A stretch of DNA of 61,674 nucleotides from Thraustochytrium aureum (taxonomy: Eukaryota). Every line of letters starts with the position of its first letter. Position 1 is the stretch's first letter. Below the pieces are notes generated by a model, which worked only from the letters and a program-made list of their open reading frames with translations, did not search any database and was not told where the DNA came from. The stretch lies in NCBI GenBank assembly GCA_012862495.1, contig BLSG01000275.1, positions 67,297 through 128,970 on the forward strand, in the 5' to 3' direction. This document shows positions 33,977 through 46,781 of the stretch, piece after piece. The position numbers and the translations under genes are program-made.

Positions 33977-36277
33977 TTAGTCGTCCCACTCGTCGTCGTC
34001 CACGTCGGGCTGCTCGTGCGCGCTCGGCGGAGCAACGATACCGCTCGCCTGAAGAGCAGAGGCGTGGCCGCGCCCCCCCGTTGAGAGGTTGGGGTTGTAC
34101 GCCTCGTGCTGCACTGCGAGGCTCTGCATCCGGTTGAAGGCGTCCTCTTGGGCCCGCTTGCGCGCATCCTCTTCGTCGCGCTGCTTGCGAAAGCGCGCGG
34201 TGTTGTCCTGAGCGCGCTTGAGCGCGGCGTGAGCGAGCGCGGGGTCGCGCTGCGAGAGGCGCTTGGCTGAAGCGCCCGTCATCGGCTCGAGAACTGGGCC
34301 AGCGTTGGCACCCTCAAACCACGCCTCGGCGCTGAGCGCAGGCACGGCGGCGCGAGTATCCGTGTATATGTCCTGCACGAGCAAAAAGGTCAGAACCGGG
34401 CACCAACCGGATGGGCGCGCAAGCAAACAAGAAACTCACATCTGCAAAGTACTCGAGCAAGTCCGCTGCCCGCGGGACCGTAAACGAGACGGGCTCGAGC
34501 GCGGAGGGTGTGAGCCGAAAAACGCGCGCAAACTCGGACTTGGTCGTGTCGAGCACGCGGCGCGGCACGATGGCGGCCGCTGAAGTCGGGAGCCCTGGAG
34601 CCACATACTCGTTGCACCGGTGCGGGAAGAGGGGGTTGTCACCACAGTGGTCGGGCTTGATCGCGGTTCGCGTCAGGCCTTCGAGCTCGTACACGTGAAA
34701 GGTATTCTCGCCGCGCGCAATAAAGATAACAACGCCGTTGTCCTCGATGTAGAGCGGCTCAAACGAAGTTGCGCCGGTACCGACCTTGGTTGTGCTCAGC
34801 GGCTCCTCCATTTTGCGCGAGTCCCAAACGCTAAACTCGCGGTACCCCATGCGTGCGCATCCCGAGGTGAGCAAGTTGGGCGAGTCCCCGAGCCAGCACA
34901 CGTTGCAGGGCTTGGCACCTTGGTGCGCCTTGGGCACCCCTATGCTCGGACCCTGGCCGCCTGCTCCCCCCCTGGCGCGGGTCGACCACGCTGAGCGCGT
35001 TGGCTCGGTCAATCACCGCCAGCAGCGCGCCGTCGTAGCTCCAATCAAGCGAGGTCGGCGTTTCGTTGGACTGGAACGCGAGCAGCACCTCGCTCGCCTT
35101 GGCGACATCCCAGACGCGCACCGTGCCGTCCTGCGAGGCGAGGCCAGCACCCCGTCTGCACTCGGGTGGTGCTTGAGGAGGCGCACGGCGGACTGGTGTC
35201 CCGCCAGCGCCTCCGACGGCGAGTCCGCCAGGTTGTCTGCGTCGTCACAGAGGCGCCAGGCGCGGATGTAGCAATCGTCCGAGCCGGTCGCGAGCACGCT
35301 GTCGCTGAAGGGGCTAAAGTCTAGGCAGAACACTGGCCGCGCGTGCCCGTTCAGAGTCGGGGCGCTAGTTGGCGCGTCAATCTTGCCAGATGCGTCGAGC
35401 GAACCGACGTGCACCGGGCCGCCGCCGCCTTGCCAGGTCACCGCAAACTTGGCGGCCCCTACCGCAAGACAGGGCACTGTCGCGATGGTCATGTTGAATA
35501 TCGTATCGTCCTTCTTGACCGGGTTGCTGCGCGCATACTTAAACTTGGGAACGTACCCCATCAGGCGGCTCATCCGCTTGTCCACCTCGGACTCCACAAA
35601 GGCGACCGGAGCCGGCTCGGGCGCGCTTGCGTCGGCCCCAGAGCTCGACCAGCTCGTGGCCACGTCGTCGGCCTCGCCGCCGCCAAAGTCGCCTTGATCC
35701 TCCGCCTGCAGGGCGGCCTCTCCTCCCCCGCTGAGCCCGCCACTGCCTTGCGCGGCAGCGAGCTCCTGAAAGGGCACAATGGGCTGCTTGGCTGTCTCCC
35801 CAGCCGCCCAGGCGTCAGCCGTGAGCGCGGCGCGCAAGTTTGATGCGGACGCGGGGAAGATGTCATCGTGAAAGGTCGACTTGAGCCGCCGCGGGATCTC
35901 GACGCGGATGGTTTCCACGGCCGTGGCTGTCAGCTTGAAGAGCCTGCTCACCTCGCAAGACATGTAGTCGCAGGCGGCTGCCGGCAGCGCGGCGCAACCC
36001 AGGAATGTCTGAGGCGAGGTCGTGGTCTGCGACAGGCTATACAGGAACGGTGACTCGTTCGACGGCTCGTAGGCGCGCACCGAAGTCTCGCCCTTGCTGA
36101 CGAGCAGCAAGATTTTCGTGTCGGGAATCATGACCGGCAGCAGGATGCTGTTTCCGCTGCCCACTTTGACCCGGGCCACCGGCTCGGACATCTTGCGCGC
36201 ATCCCAGGCAGCGAGCTCGCGGTCGCGCGTCAGGCTAAACCCGGTCGTGTAGAAGAACGGCTCGAGCTCGCCGTGGC
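33977..36277 (-). CDS. CORO7: Coronin-7/POD-1-like tandem coronin, 5' end in gap; frameshifts near 35140 and 34965; intron 34439-34373
   Basis: Two coronin units: IPRR...FHDDIFP and VPR...FADDIY. WD40 GH...V..LDFSPF...LATGSDD. C-terminal acidic Arp2/3-binding-type VDDDEWDD. Confidence 0.88.
34373..34439 (-). other. 67-nt GT-AG intron in coronin-7
   Basis: GAT|GTGAGT ... GTGCAG|GAC restores FADDIY. Confidence 0.85.
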
Positions 36278-37232
36278 NNNNNNNNNNNNNNNNNNNNNNN
36301 NNNNNNNNNNNNNNNNNNNNNNNNNNNNNNNNNNNNNNNNNNNNNNNNNNNNNNNNNNNNNNNNNNNNNNNNNNNNNNNNNNNNNNNNNNNNNNNNNNNN
36401 NNNNNNNNNNNNNNNNNNNNNNNNNNNNNNNNNNNNNNNNNNNNNNNNNNNNNNNNNNNNNNNNNNNNNNNNNNNNNNNNNNNNNNNNNNNNNNNNNNNN
36501 NNNNNNNNNNNNNNNNNNNNNNNNNNNNNNNNNNNNNNNNNNNNNNNNNNNNNNNNNNNNNNNNNNNNNNNNNNNNNNNNNNNNNNNNNNNNNNNNNNNN
36601 NNNNNNNNNNNNNNNNNNNNNNNNNNNNNNNNNNNNNNNNNNNNNNNNNNNNNNNNNNNNNNNNNNNNNNNNNNNNNNNNNNNNNNNNNNNNNNNNNNNN
36701 NNNNNNNNNNNNNNNNNNNNNNNNNNNNNNNNNNNNNNNNNNNNNNNNNNNNNNNNNNNNNNNNNNNNNNNNNNNNNNNNNNNNNNNNNNNNNNNNNNNN
36801 NNNNNNNNNNNNNNNNNNNNNNNNNNNNNNNNNNNNNNNNNNNNNNNNNNNNNNNNNNNNNNNNNNNNNNNNNNNNNNNNNNNNNNNNNNNNNNNNNNNN
36901 NNNNNNNNNNNNNNNNNNNNNNNNNNNNNNNNNNNNNNNNNNNNNNNNNNNNNNNNNNNNNNNNNNNNNNNNNNNNNNNNNNNNNNNNNNNNNNNNNNNN
37001 NNNNNNNNNNNNNNNNNNNNNNNNNNNNNNNNNNNNNNNNNNNNNNNNNNNNNNNNNNNNNNNNNNNNNNNNNNNNNNNNNNNNNNNNNNNNNNNNNNNN
37101 NNNNNNNNNNNNNNNNNNNNNNNNNNNNNNNNNNNNNNNNNNNNNNNNNNNNNNNNNNNNNNNNNNNNNNNNNNNNNNNNNNNNNNNNNNNNNNNNNNNN
37201 NNNNNNNNNNNNNNNNNNNNNNNNNNNNNNNN

Positions 37233-37813
37233 TGGATATCGCGCTGTGGATGCAGCACCAGACGGTGCCCGGCGGACTCAAGGCTTGCGACGGGCTCAAG
37301 GAGCAGTGGGGCCGCACGCCCATCGACGGCCAGTACACGCAGTTTATGGTGTCAAAGTACGTGATCCCGCTGGTGGTCTTTTCGCAGCACGCCATGCAGC
37401 TCACGTACCCGAGCAAGGTGCTGGCCAACCACCGCGTCAAGATGATCCTCGCGCACGCGCTGCCGCTCGTGGGCATGTGCTTCCAGTTCGCCTGCTCGGA
37501 CCTCGTCGAGGCCGTCTACCCGAGCTCGCACCAGACGCTGCGCTGGGGCGGGCACACCGCCGAGACCTGGCAGGTGCTCGTCATTAGTGGGCTGGTGGCC
37601 TTCGACTTTTGGCTCCTCATCCCGGAAAAGTCGGTCGCGTTCATGCACGTCTTCGTGCTCGCGTGCGTCATGTCGTTCCTCCAGGCCACGGAAGGGACGC
37701 TCGCGCTCGGCTCCAAGTGGTGCACTTACTGTCTGATTTACTCGTTTGTTTACGCGTCCGAGCCGCTCTGGGGCCCGCCGGCCGCGCCCAAGGTCAAGAC
37801 CAAGTCGATCTAA
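37233..37813 (+). CDS. Multi-pass membrane protein, partial (5' in gap)
   Basis: Several hydrophobic helices, S-K-W-C motif in the last helix, C-terminal KTKSI (KxKxx ER-retrieval-like). Confidence 0.6.
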
Positions 37814-37932
37814 GCGCGGACCAGCCCAGCCCGGCCCCACGCTATCTTCTCGCAGCTGATTGTTCGCTCCGCATCGCGCCGGCAAAGAGGTGGATAGACC
37901 CTAATCTACATACAACGAGACTCGCGGTTATT

Positions 37933-40900
37933 CTATAGTGAGCGAAAAGCTAGCCGCGTCCCCTTCGAGGCGTTATCGTCCCGAACGACCCGCGTCATCG
38001 GCGGCAACGACGAGCGAACAGCCGCAAAGGAAGTCGCGCCCGCCAGGCCAGAGCCGCTCAAGTCAGCTGCTGGATCGGTATAATGGCGGCGTCCGACCGG
38101 ACTTGTCGCCGCGTCTTCGCCGCGCTCGGCCAGCGCGCCAGGTATCTCCTCTTCCTTTCGAGGAGAAGCAGCACGCTGCCTTCCACTGGCGGGGTTCCCT
38201 AGGCGACGCGAGCGGTGGACGCTGCCGACCGCGACCATCACAAAGCAGAGCGCCTCCGCGGCAGCTATTGCAGAAGTCAGCGTCGAGGCTGCCTTGGGCG
38301 TGACCTCATCGATCATCTCCCGCCAAGAGGCCACGCACCCAAGCAGGGTAAGCAGCGCCAGCGAAACCTGCGCAAACAGGTGGTCCGCGCGGCTCTTGTA
38401 TGGCCGAAGTAGCGCGAGGAGCACGAGGAACACGATATTCATGGCCTGAAAGTACGCAATGGAGCCCGGCCGCGAGGCCTGGTGCATCAGCATGAACAAC
38501 GATGTGAGCACGAGCTTGCGGAGCAGCTCGTAGCACTCAAAGGGGGCAAACTTGTACGGTGCCGCCAAAAAGGAGACCGCGCTCATCGCTTGCCCGTACA
38601 CGCTGTCCGGTAAAGGTTCGCCAGCACGCACCCAAGCCCCATGGGCCCTGACGCACATCGCAAACAGGACCACCACGCCCACAGGGTACACTGCGATCAT
38701 GCAGGCCGCGTAGACGCGCCAAGCGGCACTCTCTGGTGAAGCAAAATCTACCGTGTAGTCCTCGCGAAAGGCCACGTACGGTTCCGTGTCCCCCTCGAAC
38801 AGCGGCATTTCGTCAAAGTGAAACGTGCGAAAGATGGCGCTGGATACCCCCGGATACACCAAAAAGCAGAGTTGCAGCGTGGCCCAGGTCCCTGCGGCAA
38901 CCACGCGCGGCAGCCGCGACGAAGCGCACTGCCGAGTCACGCCGAAGACCACGATCGCCATGCTCGCGACGATTGCCAGAGGGAACAACGTGTACGCCAG
39001 CAATGCGGTGTAAAACCCGAAACGCATCGCGCAGCCCACCTCGAAGGCGCGCACCACGGACGAAACGTCGAGGTCGATAACAACCTGCACCCCGCCTTGG
39101 CTCCCTTGCATCAGGTCAAGGGTCCGAGCGAACTGGAAAAACACTTGGTAGAAGCCCAACAAGATGCGGAGTTTGACTGCCAGCGCTGCAACCACGGCTG
39201 CGCTGGGCCGCAGCAGGCACACTCGACGCGCAGCGCGGTCGCGCCAGCGTTTTCGCGTGCCCTCTGCCCGGCTAGCTCTGCCGCTCCGAGAGCTGCGTTT
39301 GTGAAAGGTGAGCGCGACGAGCCAGGCCGCGGGAACGAATGCCGCGAGAACGCCGAGCACGCACCAAGTCACAAGGAGCGCAAAGTCTCGGTCCTTGCGA
39401 TCCGCTGTGCAGGGCTCGCAACCGTCCTTCCCGATGGCGAAGCCCGAGACGCAATCCGCGCACAAGATCCCGCGGTGGAACGGCGCGCAGAGGCTGTCGC
39501 CCGACGAACCCCAGCCAACGCTCTGGTTTGCGGTGGCCTGCAAGGCCCGTGAGGCTGTGTCCGCCTGTGATCCCTTGGCAAAAGGACTCGACCGGGCAGC
39601 TGCGGATGTCCAGCGTCACGTTAGAGATACGCCAGAACCCGGCCTTTATGGCAAAGGTTGAGACAGTGAGCCCGTCCAATGGGCAGTCCACCTTTCCCGC
39701 GAGCTGCTCGGACTCGCACGACAGCGCAACCCTCTCGCCTTCTCGCAGAGTGCCAGGGTTTACGGTGACAAAGCCTGCCTGCGCAACGCAAGAGCCCTCC
39801 GAAGTGGCGCCTGGGGCCATTGTTCGAGGAAAGGCCTTCGGGCATCGCAGGCAGACGGGTTGCTCAGTCGACCTGTACGTGTCGGGCAGGCACGGCTCGC
39901 AGCGCATGGGGCCTTCGAAGCGCTGCGTGCCCGCGGGGCACTCGTCGAGTGTTCGTGCGAGCAACACATCCGAGAAAGGGCCTGGACCCGATGCGGTCCA
40001 GGCCCGAACCGAGACCTCGTACTCGGTCCCTGGTTGGAGACCGGAGAGGGAAGCCTGCTCCACCCGTGCCGTATTTGCGGCCACATGAACGCCGTCTCGC
40101 GCAACCCAAACCTCGTAGCGGTCGATCCGCCCGTTTGGAATCTTGGGGCTCGACCACATCAGCCCAAGCTCGCGCTCGCCAACGGAGCCCTCCTGGGACC
40201 CACGACGTCCTCCGGGGCAGAGCCCGGGCTGGCCTCGCTGGTGCTCAGCGTTACCAACGGCGTCCGCGGCCCGGACGACGACCGCAGGTGGTAGTCGAGT
40301 TGAAAGGACACAGACAGCCGGCGACTCAGCCCAAAGCTGACCGAGCCGGGTTCCTCTTCACTCAAGTAAACCGCAATGTCCCAGCGGAGGTTGGCGGCCC
40401 GCACGGTAAGGCCATAGTTTGTGTTTGGGCTCAGACCGGTCACTGTTGCAAAGGTTTCGCTTGTGCAGACGCGCCGCACCAAGGCAGGGCGCGCGGGACC
40501 CTGGCCGGGCCGTCCTCCAGGCCCAGACACTGGCCCCAGCTCGACGATCTCGACAAAGTAGGCGAGGACGGGTTCTGAGACTGGATCAAGGCGTGGCTTC
40601 TCGAGCTCGGCGCAGTCGACCTGGCCGCTCGGCTCCAGTGGCGCGCCGTCTGTGCTGCTCGGTGAGTAGGTCCAGCTGAGCGTCAGCGTAGAGTTGGTGC
40701 GCGCGCTCAGGGCGACGTCCGTCGGGAACGTGGTGGGCTCGTTGGCGTCGAATTGGAGGCGGTGGATCGGGTTGCCAGAGTACTCGTTTACGTCCGAGCA
40801 CTTGGCGTCGTCGACGTTTTCAATGAGCAGGTTCGGGTTGGCAGCGAGCGGCGCAAACCAGGACTCCAGTCGCATATCGCAAACAAAGTCGTTGTTGTGG

Positions 40901-42591
40901 AGCGCGAGCGCGTTGAGCGCCTGGATTTGCGCGAGCGAGGCCGGCAGTTCCCCAAGCCGATTGTCCTGAACGCTCAGCCTCGTAAGCGCCGCGAGGCTGC
41001 CCAAGCCCTCTGGCACTGATCCAAGCTTGTTCCTGGCAAGCGAGAGTTCCTGGAGCTTGGAGAGGAGCTCAACCGAGTCCGGCAGCCTCGTCAGTCGGTT
41101 GTCCTCGAGCCGAAGCAGATTCAGCTCTTTCAAGCCCCCCACGGATTCGGGGAGGCGCCCAAGCCTGTTCCCGTCCAGAAAGAGGCGCTCGAGATTCGTA
41201 AGCTGGCCAAAGCTGTCTGGCAACGTTTCGATCTCGTTGCGCTGCAGCCACACCTGGCGGAGGTTGCTGAGCGCCCCAAACTCGTCTGGCAAGGTGCGAA
41301 GCCGGCCGTTCCGGGCGAAAAGTTCGACCATCTGCGTCCAATTGCCGATTTGCGGCGACAAGGACACGACGTCGGGTTCAACAATCATGCGGAACAGCCT
41401 TGTGATGTTGGAGAACCCAACGGGGAGTACGGGTATCTCGTCCGCGCGAACGCCGAAATTCACGAGCTGGGTCAGGTTTGCAAAGGAAGGCGGCAGGGCC
41501 GTCAAGTTGTGGCCCCGAACTTGGATGGAGAGGAGCTGGCTGAGCTTTCCGATAGAGTCTGGGAGCGCTCGGAGCCTGTTTTGCGACAGGTCCGTGTCGG
41601 CGAGGCTGCTCAGATCGCCAAACTCCTCGGGCAGAACCTCGAGCAAGTTGTCGCTCAGGCGAAGCGTTTTGAGGCTTGAGAGCTTGCCGATCGAGCGTGG
41701 GATGTCTCGCAAAGCGTTCGCCTCGGCTCCCAAGACGCGCAGGCTCGAAAGGCCGCCCAGCGAGGCCGGGAGCGAGGCGAGCCGGTTGTTACCAACGCTC
41801 AGTGATGTGAGCGCAGTGAGGCGGCCAATGTTCTCTGGCAAGTTTGTCAGGCGATTGTCGTCCAGGCCCAGGCTGACAAGGCCGCCCAACTGCATGAGGC
41901 CGTCGACCTCGCCCAGGTTGAACCCGTGAAGACCCAGCGAGGTAAGAGATGTGAGCTTTGTGAGCTCGGATGGAACTGGGCGCGACGGATCGCCATTCCC
42001 AAGCTCGAGCGTTCGAAGCGAGGTCAACCTATCAATCGCGGCTGGGATGACAAAGGCCGTCGTCTCGCAGGCCTGCTGCAGCTCAAGCCAGGAGGTGATG
42101 CTCAAAGGCCCATCCTCACAGCGCGCCGGTGGGGCTTCTAGGGCAGGCTCCCAGAAAGCCTCGACTTGGACCGACCACCCCAGAAGTTCCGTCGGCAGCG
42201 TCGAGAACGGCGAGGTGAGCCGCACCACTATCACGGGCGCGAATGTGGGGATTGTCCGTGATCTCCAGTCATGGGCCTCGTCGGCGTTGAACGATAGCAA
42301 CAAGAGCGGCTCGCCCTCGCCGAGCGCAAACACGTCCACGCGGCTCGCGCGGGCATCCCGTGCATGGGCCTCGAAGGAGAGCGCTGGCATGCCGCCTGCC
42401 GTCGCCTCGATCCGAACGCATTGCACGCTCTTGGCAGGGTCGTCACTAAACAAAAGGACCCCGACCGCCTCCCCTGCGTCGATGAGCGACTCCTCCACGA
42501 ACGCGCACGCTGCAGGGCTGTACGTCTCGACGGCTGCCGCTGCGCCGAGCGCCAGGGTCCACAGCCACAGCAGCGCACCGCGGGTTGCCAT
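37933..42591 (-). CDS. Receptor-like protein: signal peptide, CUB-like segment, LRRs, two FN3 domains, Cys-rich repeats, ~7-TM domain; frameshifts near 40195 and 39545
   Basis: MATRGALLWLWTLALGAAAA; many LxxLxLxxNxLxxLP repeats; GLSPNTNYGLTVRA and GLQPGTEYEVSVRA (FN3); CPAG...CEPC; GILCADC..GF; LRILLGFYQV, LVYPGVS, ECYELLRKLVL and RPY TM motifs. Confidence 0.8.
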
Positions 42592-43576
42592 CCTTGGTCC
42601 TCCCGTGTTGGCGTAGGGTATTTGCTTCGCGGGCACGCAGCGCGAAAAGTTCAGCCCTGGCCAAGTGTGGCGCTGGCCCCTCCTTCCCCTCCCTCCCGTC
42701 CCTGCCCCGTCCGCCGCGCGCTGGCTCGGGACCTGCTCAACCAGACGCCCGGAGCGCGCGAGGAGCCGAGCGCGGGCTGGCTGTCACCGCGCGACCGGCA
42801 GTGGTGCTGGCGCGTGGCACGCGCCCCCGCCACGAACCAACGACTTGCCCAGAATGACGCCGCCACGCCCACAGCCAGGCCCGCTCGCTCGGCGATCCAC
42901 CCCGGGCGTGCGAGGCCGGCGCCGTGGGCCGAAGAGCCGCGGCTCCAAGAGCTAGCTAGCTAGCTCCTGCTGGAGAGCTGAGNNNNNNNNNNNNNNNNNN
43001 NNNNNNNNNNNNNNNNNNNNNNNNNNNNNNNNNNNNNNNNNNNNNNNNNNNNNNNNNNNNNNNNNNNNNNNNNNNNNNNNNNNNNNNNNNNNNNNNNNNN
43101 NNNNNNNNNNNNNNNNNNNNNNNNNNNNNNNNNNNNNNNNNNNNNNNNNNNNNNNNNNNNNNNNNNNNNNNNNNNNNNNNNNNNNNNNNNNNNNNNNNNN
43201 NNNNNNNNNNNNNNNNNNNNNNNNNNNNNNNNNNNNNNNNNNNNNNNNNNNNNNNNNNNNNNNNNNNNNNNNNNNNNNNNNNNNNNNNNNNNNNNNNNNN
43301 NNNNNNNNNNNNNNNNNNNNNNNNNNNNNNNNNNNNNNNNNNNNNNNNNNNNNNNNNNNNNNNNNNNNNNNNNNNNNNNNNNNNNNNNNNNNNNNNNNNN
43401 NNNNNNNNNNNNNNNNNNNNNNNNNNNNNNNNNNNNNNNNNNNNNNNNNNNNNNNNNNNNNNNNNNNNNNNNNNNNNNNNNNNNNNNNNNNNNNNNNNNN
43501 NNNNNNNNNNNNNNNNNNNNNNNNNNNNNNNNNNNNNNNNNNNNNNNNNNNNNNNNNNNNNNNNNNNNNNNNNNNN

Positions 43577-44807
43577 TGCGCTCTTTTCTTTTGATTTTTG
43601 TGGTGATTCTAACTGCTCAAGCGATCGACTTCTTCGGGCCCTTTTTCCGCAAGTACGACTCGGCGGACGAGCAAGCCGTGGTCTTGGGAGGCATCACTGA
43701 AACCAGCGTTCGGCTCAACCTGTTCAAGGTCGGCGTCGACCAGTTCACGATATCGTACCGGCGCGCGGATGACCAAGGCAGCTCTGCGCAGGTCGCCGGC
43801 CCGTTCGCGATGGCGGATGCCCTTGGCCTGGGCGCGCTCAACGGACTCGACCCGGGCACGACCTACTTGTACTCGATACTGGAGGGCGGGCCCGCGGGGT
43901 CGTTCCGTACGCTGCCCTCCAAGGGGAGCGGGAAAAACGTGACCTTTGCCTCGACTAGCTGCACGCAGCAAAACCGGCGGGTGGGCGCGGTGTCGTTGAC
44001 CGGGTACACCCGGATGCGCGAGGCGGCGGACCTCGACTTTGTTACGTTCCTGGGAGACGTGATTTATGTCGACGTTCCTTACGGTTTTGGGTACAACATG
44101 ATCGGGTACGGGAGAGATGACCGTCTCTACCAAGCCGACTACCGCCGCATGCTCACAGACAAGCATGCGGCCTCTTTCATGTCCACGACTCCCGTGATGT
44201 GGATGTTTGACGACCACGAGATCCTCAACGACTACGCGGATGGAAACGAGACGGAACGGTTTATCACTGCGATTGCGAATTGGGATAGCCACCTTGGCCG
44301 CGTCAACCCCGCCCCACTCGGGCCGCAGGGGCGGCAGTTCACCTTTGAGGCGGGCAACGGGGCGTTCTTCATGCTTGACACGCGCTCCTTCCGCGACCAC
44401 ACCACTGGCACAATAATTGGTCGCGAACAGCAGCGCCAGGTGGAAGCCTGGATGCTCGACGCGCAAGCGCGCTCCCCCCTGGCTTTCAAGGTACTTGTCT
44501 CGCCCGTCTCGTTTACGCGCAATCACCCGGATCCCATGGGCGGCTGGAACTGCAGGTGCCCGGCTTGCGCCTTGCCTGCCGAGGCGATTGGGGCGTGCCC
44601 CGACGAGCGTGAGGCGCTGCTTCGGTTTGCCGCTGCCAACAACGTCTCTGGTCTCGTGGTCATCACCGGGGACGCGCACAAGCCTGGCGTGTTTGAGCTG
44701 GCCCCGGGCGTGGTCGAGGTCTCTGTGTCGCCTCTCCAGGCGATCGGGGTGCCCAAGTGGGGCCCCGGGCCGGACCGCATCTTGTTCGAGATGGCGGGGG
44801 CCAACAC
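43577..44807 (+). CDS. phoD: PhoD-family alkaline phosphatase, partial (both ends in gaps)
   Basis: GLDPGTTYLY, FRT, FASTSC, FLGDVIYVD, FDDHEILND, LDTRSFR, ITGDAH. Confidence 0.9.
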
Positions 44808-45071
44808 NNNNNNNNNNNNNNNNNNNNNNNNNNNNNNNNNNNNNNNNNNNNNNNNNNNNNNNNNNNNNNNNNNNNNNNNNNNNNNNNNNNNNNNNNNNNN
44901 NNNNNNNNNNNNNNNNNNNNNNNNNNNNNNNNNNNNNNNNNNNNNNNNNNNNNNNNNNNNNNNNNNNNNNNNNNNNNNNNNNNNNNNNNNNNNNNNNNNN
45001 NNNNNNNNNNNNNNNNNNNNNNNNNNNNNNNNNNNNNNNNNNNNNNNNNNNNNNNNNNNNNNNNNNNNNNN

Positions 45072-45365
45072 GCATCTATGCCGTGGGATTTCTCTGTTTT
45101 GCAAGTCTCCCTGGCTACAACTGCTACAGCGACAGTGTGCTGGTTCTTCACCCTCTGCATTGACCGGTTCGTTGGCACAAGGGAGGTTCTTCCCCCGAGT
45201 CTCTCGGGTCGGGCGCGCGTCGTGCTCTCGCTGGCACTTGTTGTGGTCTTGGTCGCTTTGGCGATCCTCGCGGCGCCTTTCAACGTCGCTGCGCAGTTTG
45301 CCGACCCGGTCTTCGAGTACACAATCCCGGGGCCGGCGGCGCAAGTAGCCAACACTGTCGGGTAG
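45072..45365 (+). CDS. C-terminal fragment with two hydrophobic helices, possibly the PhoD C-terminus
   Basis: Open frame after the gap: ...TATVCWFFTLCID...VVLSLALVVVLVALAILAAP...*. Confidence 0.4.
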   Translation, partial: ASMPWDFSVLQVSLATTATATVCWFFTLCIDRFVGTREVLPPSLSGRARVVLSLALVVVLVALAILAAPFNVAAQFADPVFEYTIPGPAAQVANTVG

Positions 45366-45467
45366 CCAGCCGTGCGCGCCAGGCGGGCAACGTCTGGCAT
45401 GTAAAACTTGCAGTGCTCGTCGGGAAACACATTCATTGTCAATTGCCTTGGTTTTTCTTCTTCCGAG

Positions 45468-46781
45468 TTAGGCCTCAGTCATTTCCTTGGTGCTGGCCTT
45501 GCCGGCGTCAACAGTGCTCGGGCCTCTGGCCTGGTCGCGGCGCATAAAGCACACCGTACCAACAACCGCAAGGCAGACCAGGACAACGGCGCCAACGGCG
45601 AGGCCCACGACAGCGGCGGGAAACGGCTGCTCGTGTTCGCAATAGTCAAACTCTGGCTGCTCGTTGTCGCGGAGCCAGCTCCGCATAAAGGTGATTTGCG
45701 CGTTCTGGGTGTTGATGATGTCCCAGAGGAGGGTGACCGCGGGCGTGCCGCCGTCGTTGGCAATGTCGCGGCAAAAGTCATGGAGCGGGTCGTCTTCGTC
45801 AGCTTCCTCAAGCCGGCGACCGTCGTACGAGGTCCCGCACTTGAGCGAGGGCGGGCTCTCCTTGAGGAGGGCCTTGGCCATGTTGACGGCGTTCTGGTGG
45901 TGCGCAATCATCTGGTGCATAAAGGTGACCGTCGGGTCGAGGGAACCTGTGACGCGCATGGTAACGTGCATGTGGCAGTCAAGCGCGACCATGCATTTGC
46001 CGAATTGGCCCAAGTTGTCGTTGCAGAGGAAGGTCATGTCGGGGCAGCCCTTGCCGCCCTCGAATTGGGACACGTTGTAGGTGCCGCAGGCTTGGTCAAA
46101 CTCGTCCACGACGTCGTACTTGTAGGGGATCGGGACAAGGTCCTCGGGGTTCTTCTGCTTGCCAGACGCGTCGAGAACCTTGATGCGGCCGCTCATCCAG
46201 TTGTGGATGTGGCAAAAGTAGAACGCCTCGGTGGTAGCGTCGTCGGTAATAGTCAGGCTCACGGTGAAGTTGCCTGCGCCAATCCAGTCGTCGCGGCCGC
46301 CGCTAAAGTAGACGCCCTCGTACTGGTCGAGACCAAAGTCTTCCTCGTCGCACGGGTCGTTGTCGCAGAGGGGCACCCCGTTCAAAAGGTACTGCGGGTG
46401 CTGGCACGGCGTCGAGGCGTTGCAGCGCGACCCGCCAGGGGGCGCCACTGCTTTCTCGAACTCTTCATTTTGGGCGTACACGCCGTCGGGGCCGTAAGCA
46501 AACCCGAGCGGGTGAAACCAGTTGCTCGGGTGGGTCTGGTCAAAGATGTACTCGACGCCCTGCTCCATTCCGAGGGTTGGCTGGACGCCCTCGCATCCTT
46601 GCACGCGGAGTACCCCGGTCTCCCCGGCGAACACGTCCAGCTCGAACTTGAATGTGCAGGTCTTGGCGCTGCCCGTTCCGACGCACTCGCCGAGGCAGAG
46701 TTCGCTGTCAGCGAGCCCGTTGGCAGCGACCACGGCAGCGGCGGCTGCCACGAAGGCCCGCGTCCATGTCGTGGTGGACAT
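45468..46781 (-). CDS. ISIP3: ISIP3-like protein (cupredoxin-like + DUF305 ferritin-like domain) with signal peptide and C-terminal TM anchor
   Basis: PTLGME.G..Y.F.Q...SNWFHPLGFAYGPDG, FYFCHIHNWMSGRIK, and DUF305 motifs FMHQMIAHHQNAVNMAK and IINTQNAQITFM, as recalled for diatom iron-starvation-induced protein 3. Confidence 0.8.
   Translation of the reverse strand: MSTTTWTRAFVAAAAAVVAANGLADSELCLGECVGTGSAKTCTFKFELDVFAGETGVLRVQGCEGVQPTLGMEQGVEYIFDQTHPSNWFHPLGFAYGPDGVYAQNEEFEKAVAPPGGSRCNASTPCQHPQYLLNGVPLCDNDPCDEEDFGLDQYEGVYFSGGRDDWIGAGNFTVSLTITDDATTEAFYFCHIHNWMSGRIKVLDASGKQKNPEDLVPIPYKYDVVDEFDQACGTYNVSQFEGGKGCPDMTFLCNDNLGQFGKCMVALDCHMHVTMRVTGSLDPTVTFMHQMIAHHQNAVNMAKALLKESPPSLKCGTSYDGRRLEEADEDDPLHDFCRDIANDGGTPAVTLLWDIINTQNAQITFMRSWLRDNEQPEFDYCEHEQPFPAAVVGLAVGAVVLVCLAVVGTVCFMRRDQARGPSTVDAGKASTKEMTEA

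Noticed and set aside
25490..37476. Long ORFs running through N gaps (e.g. 25581-27587, 32413-33411, 36235-37476)
   Set aside because: Their length comes from translating N as X.
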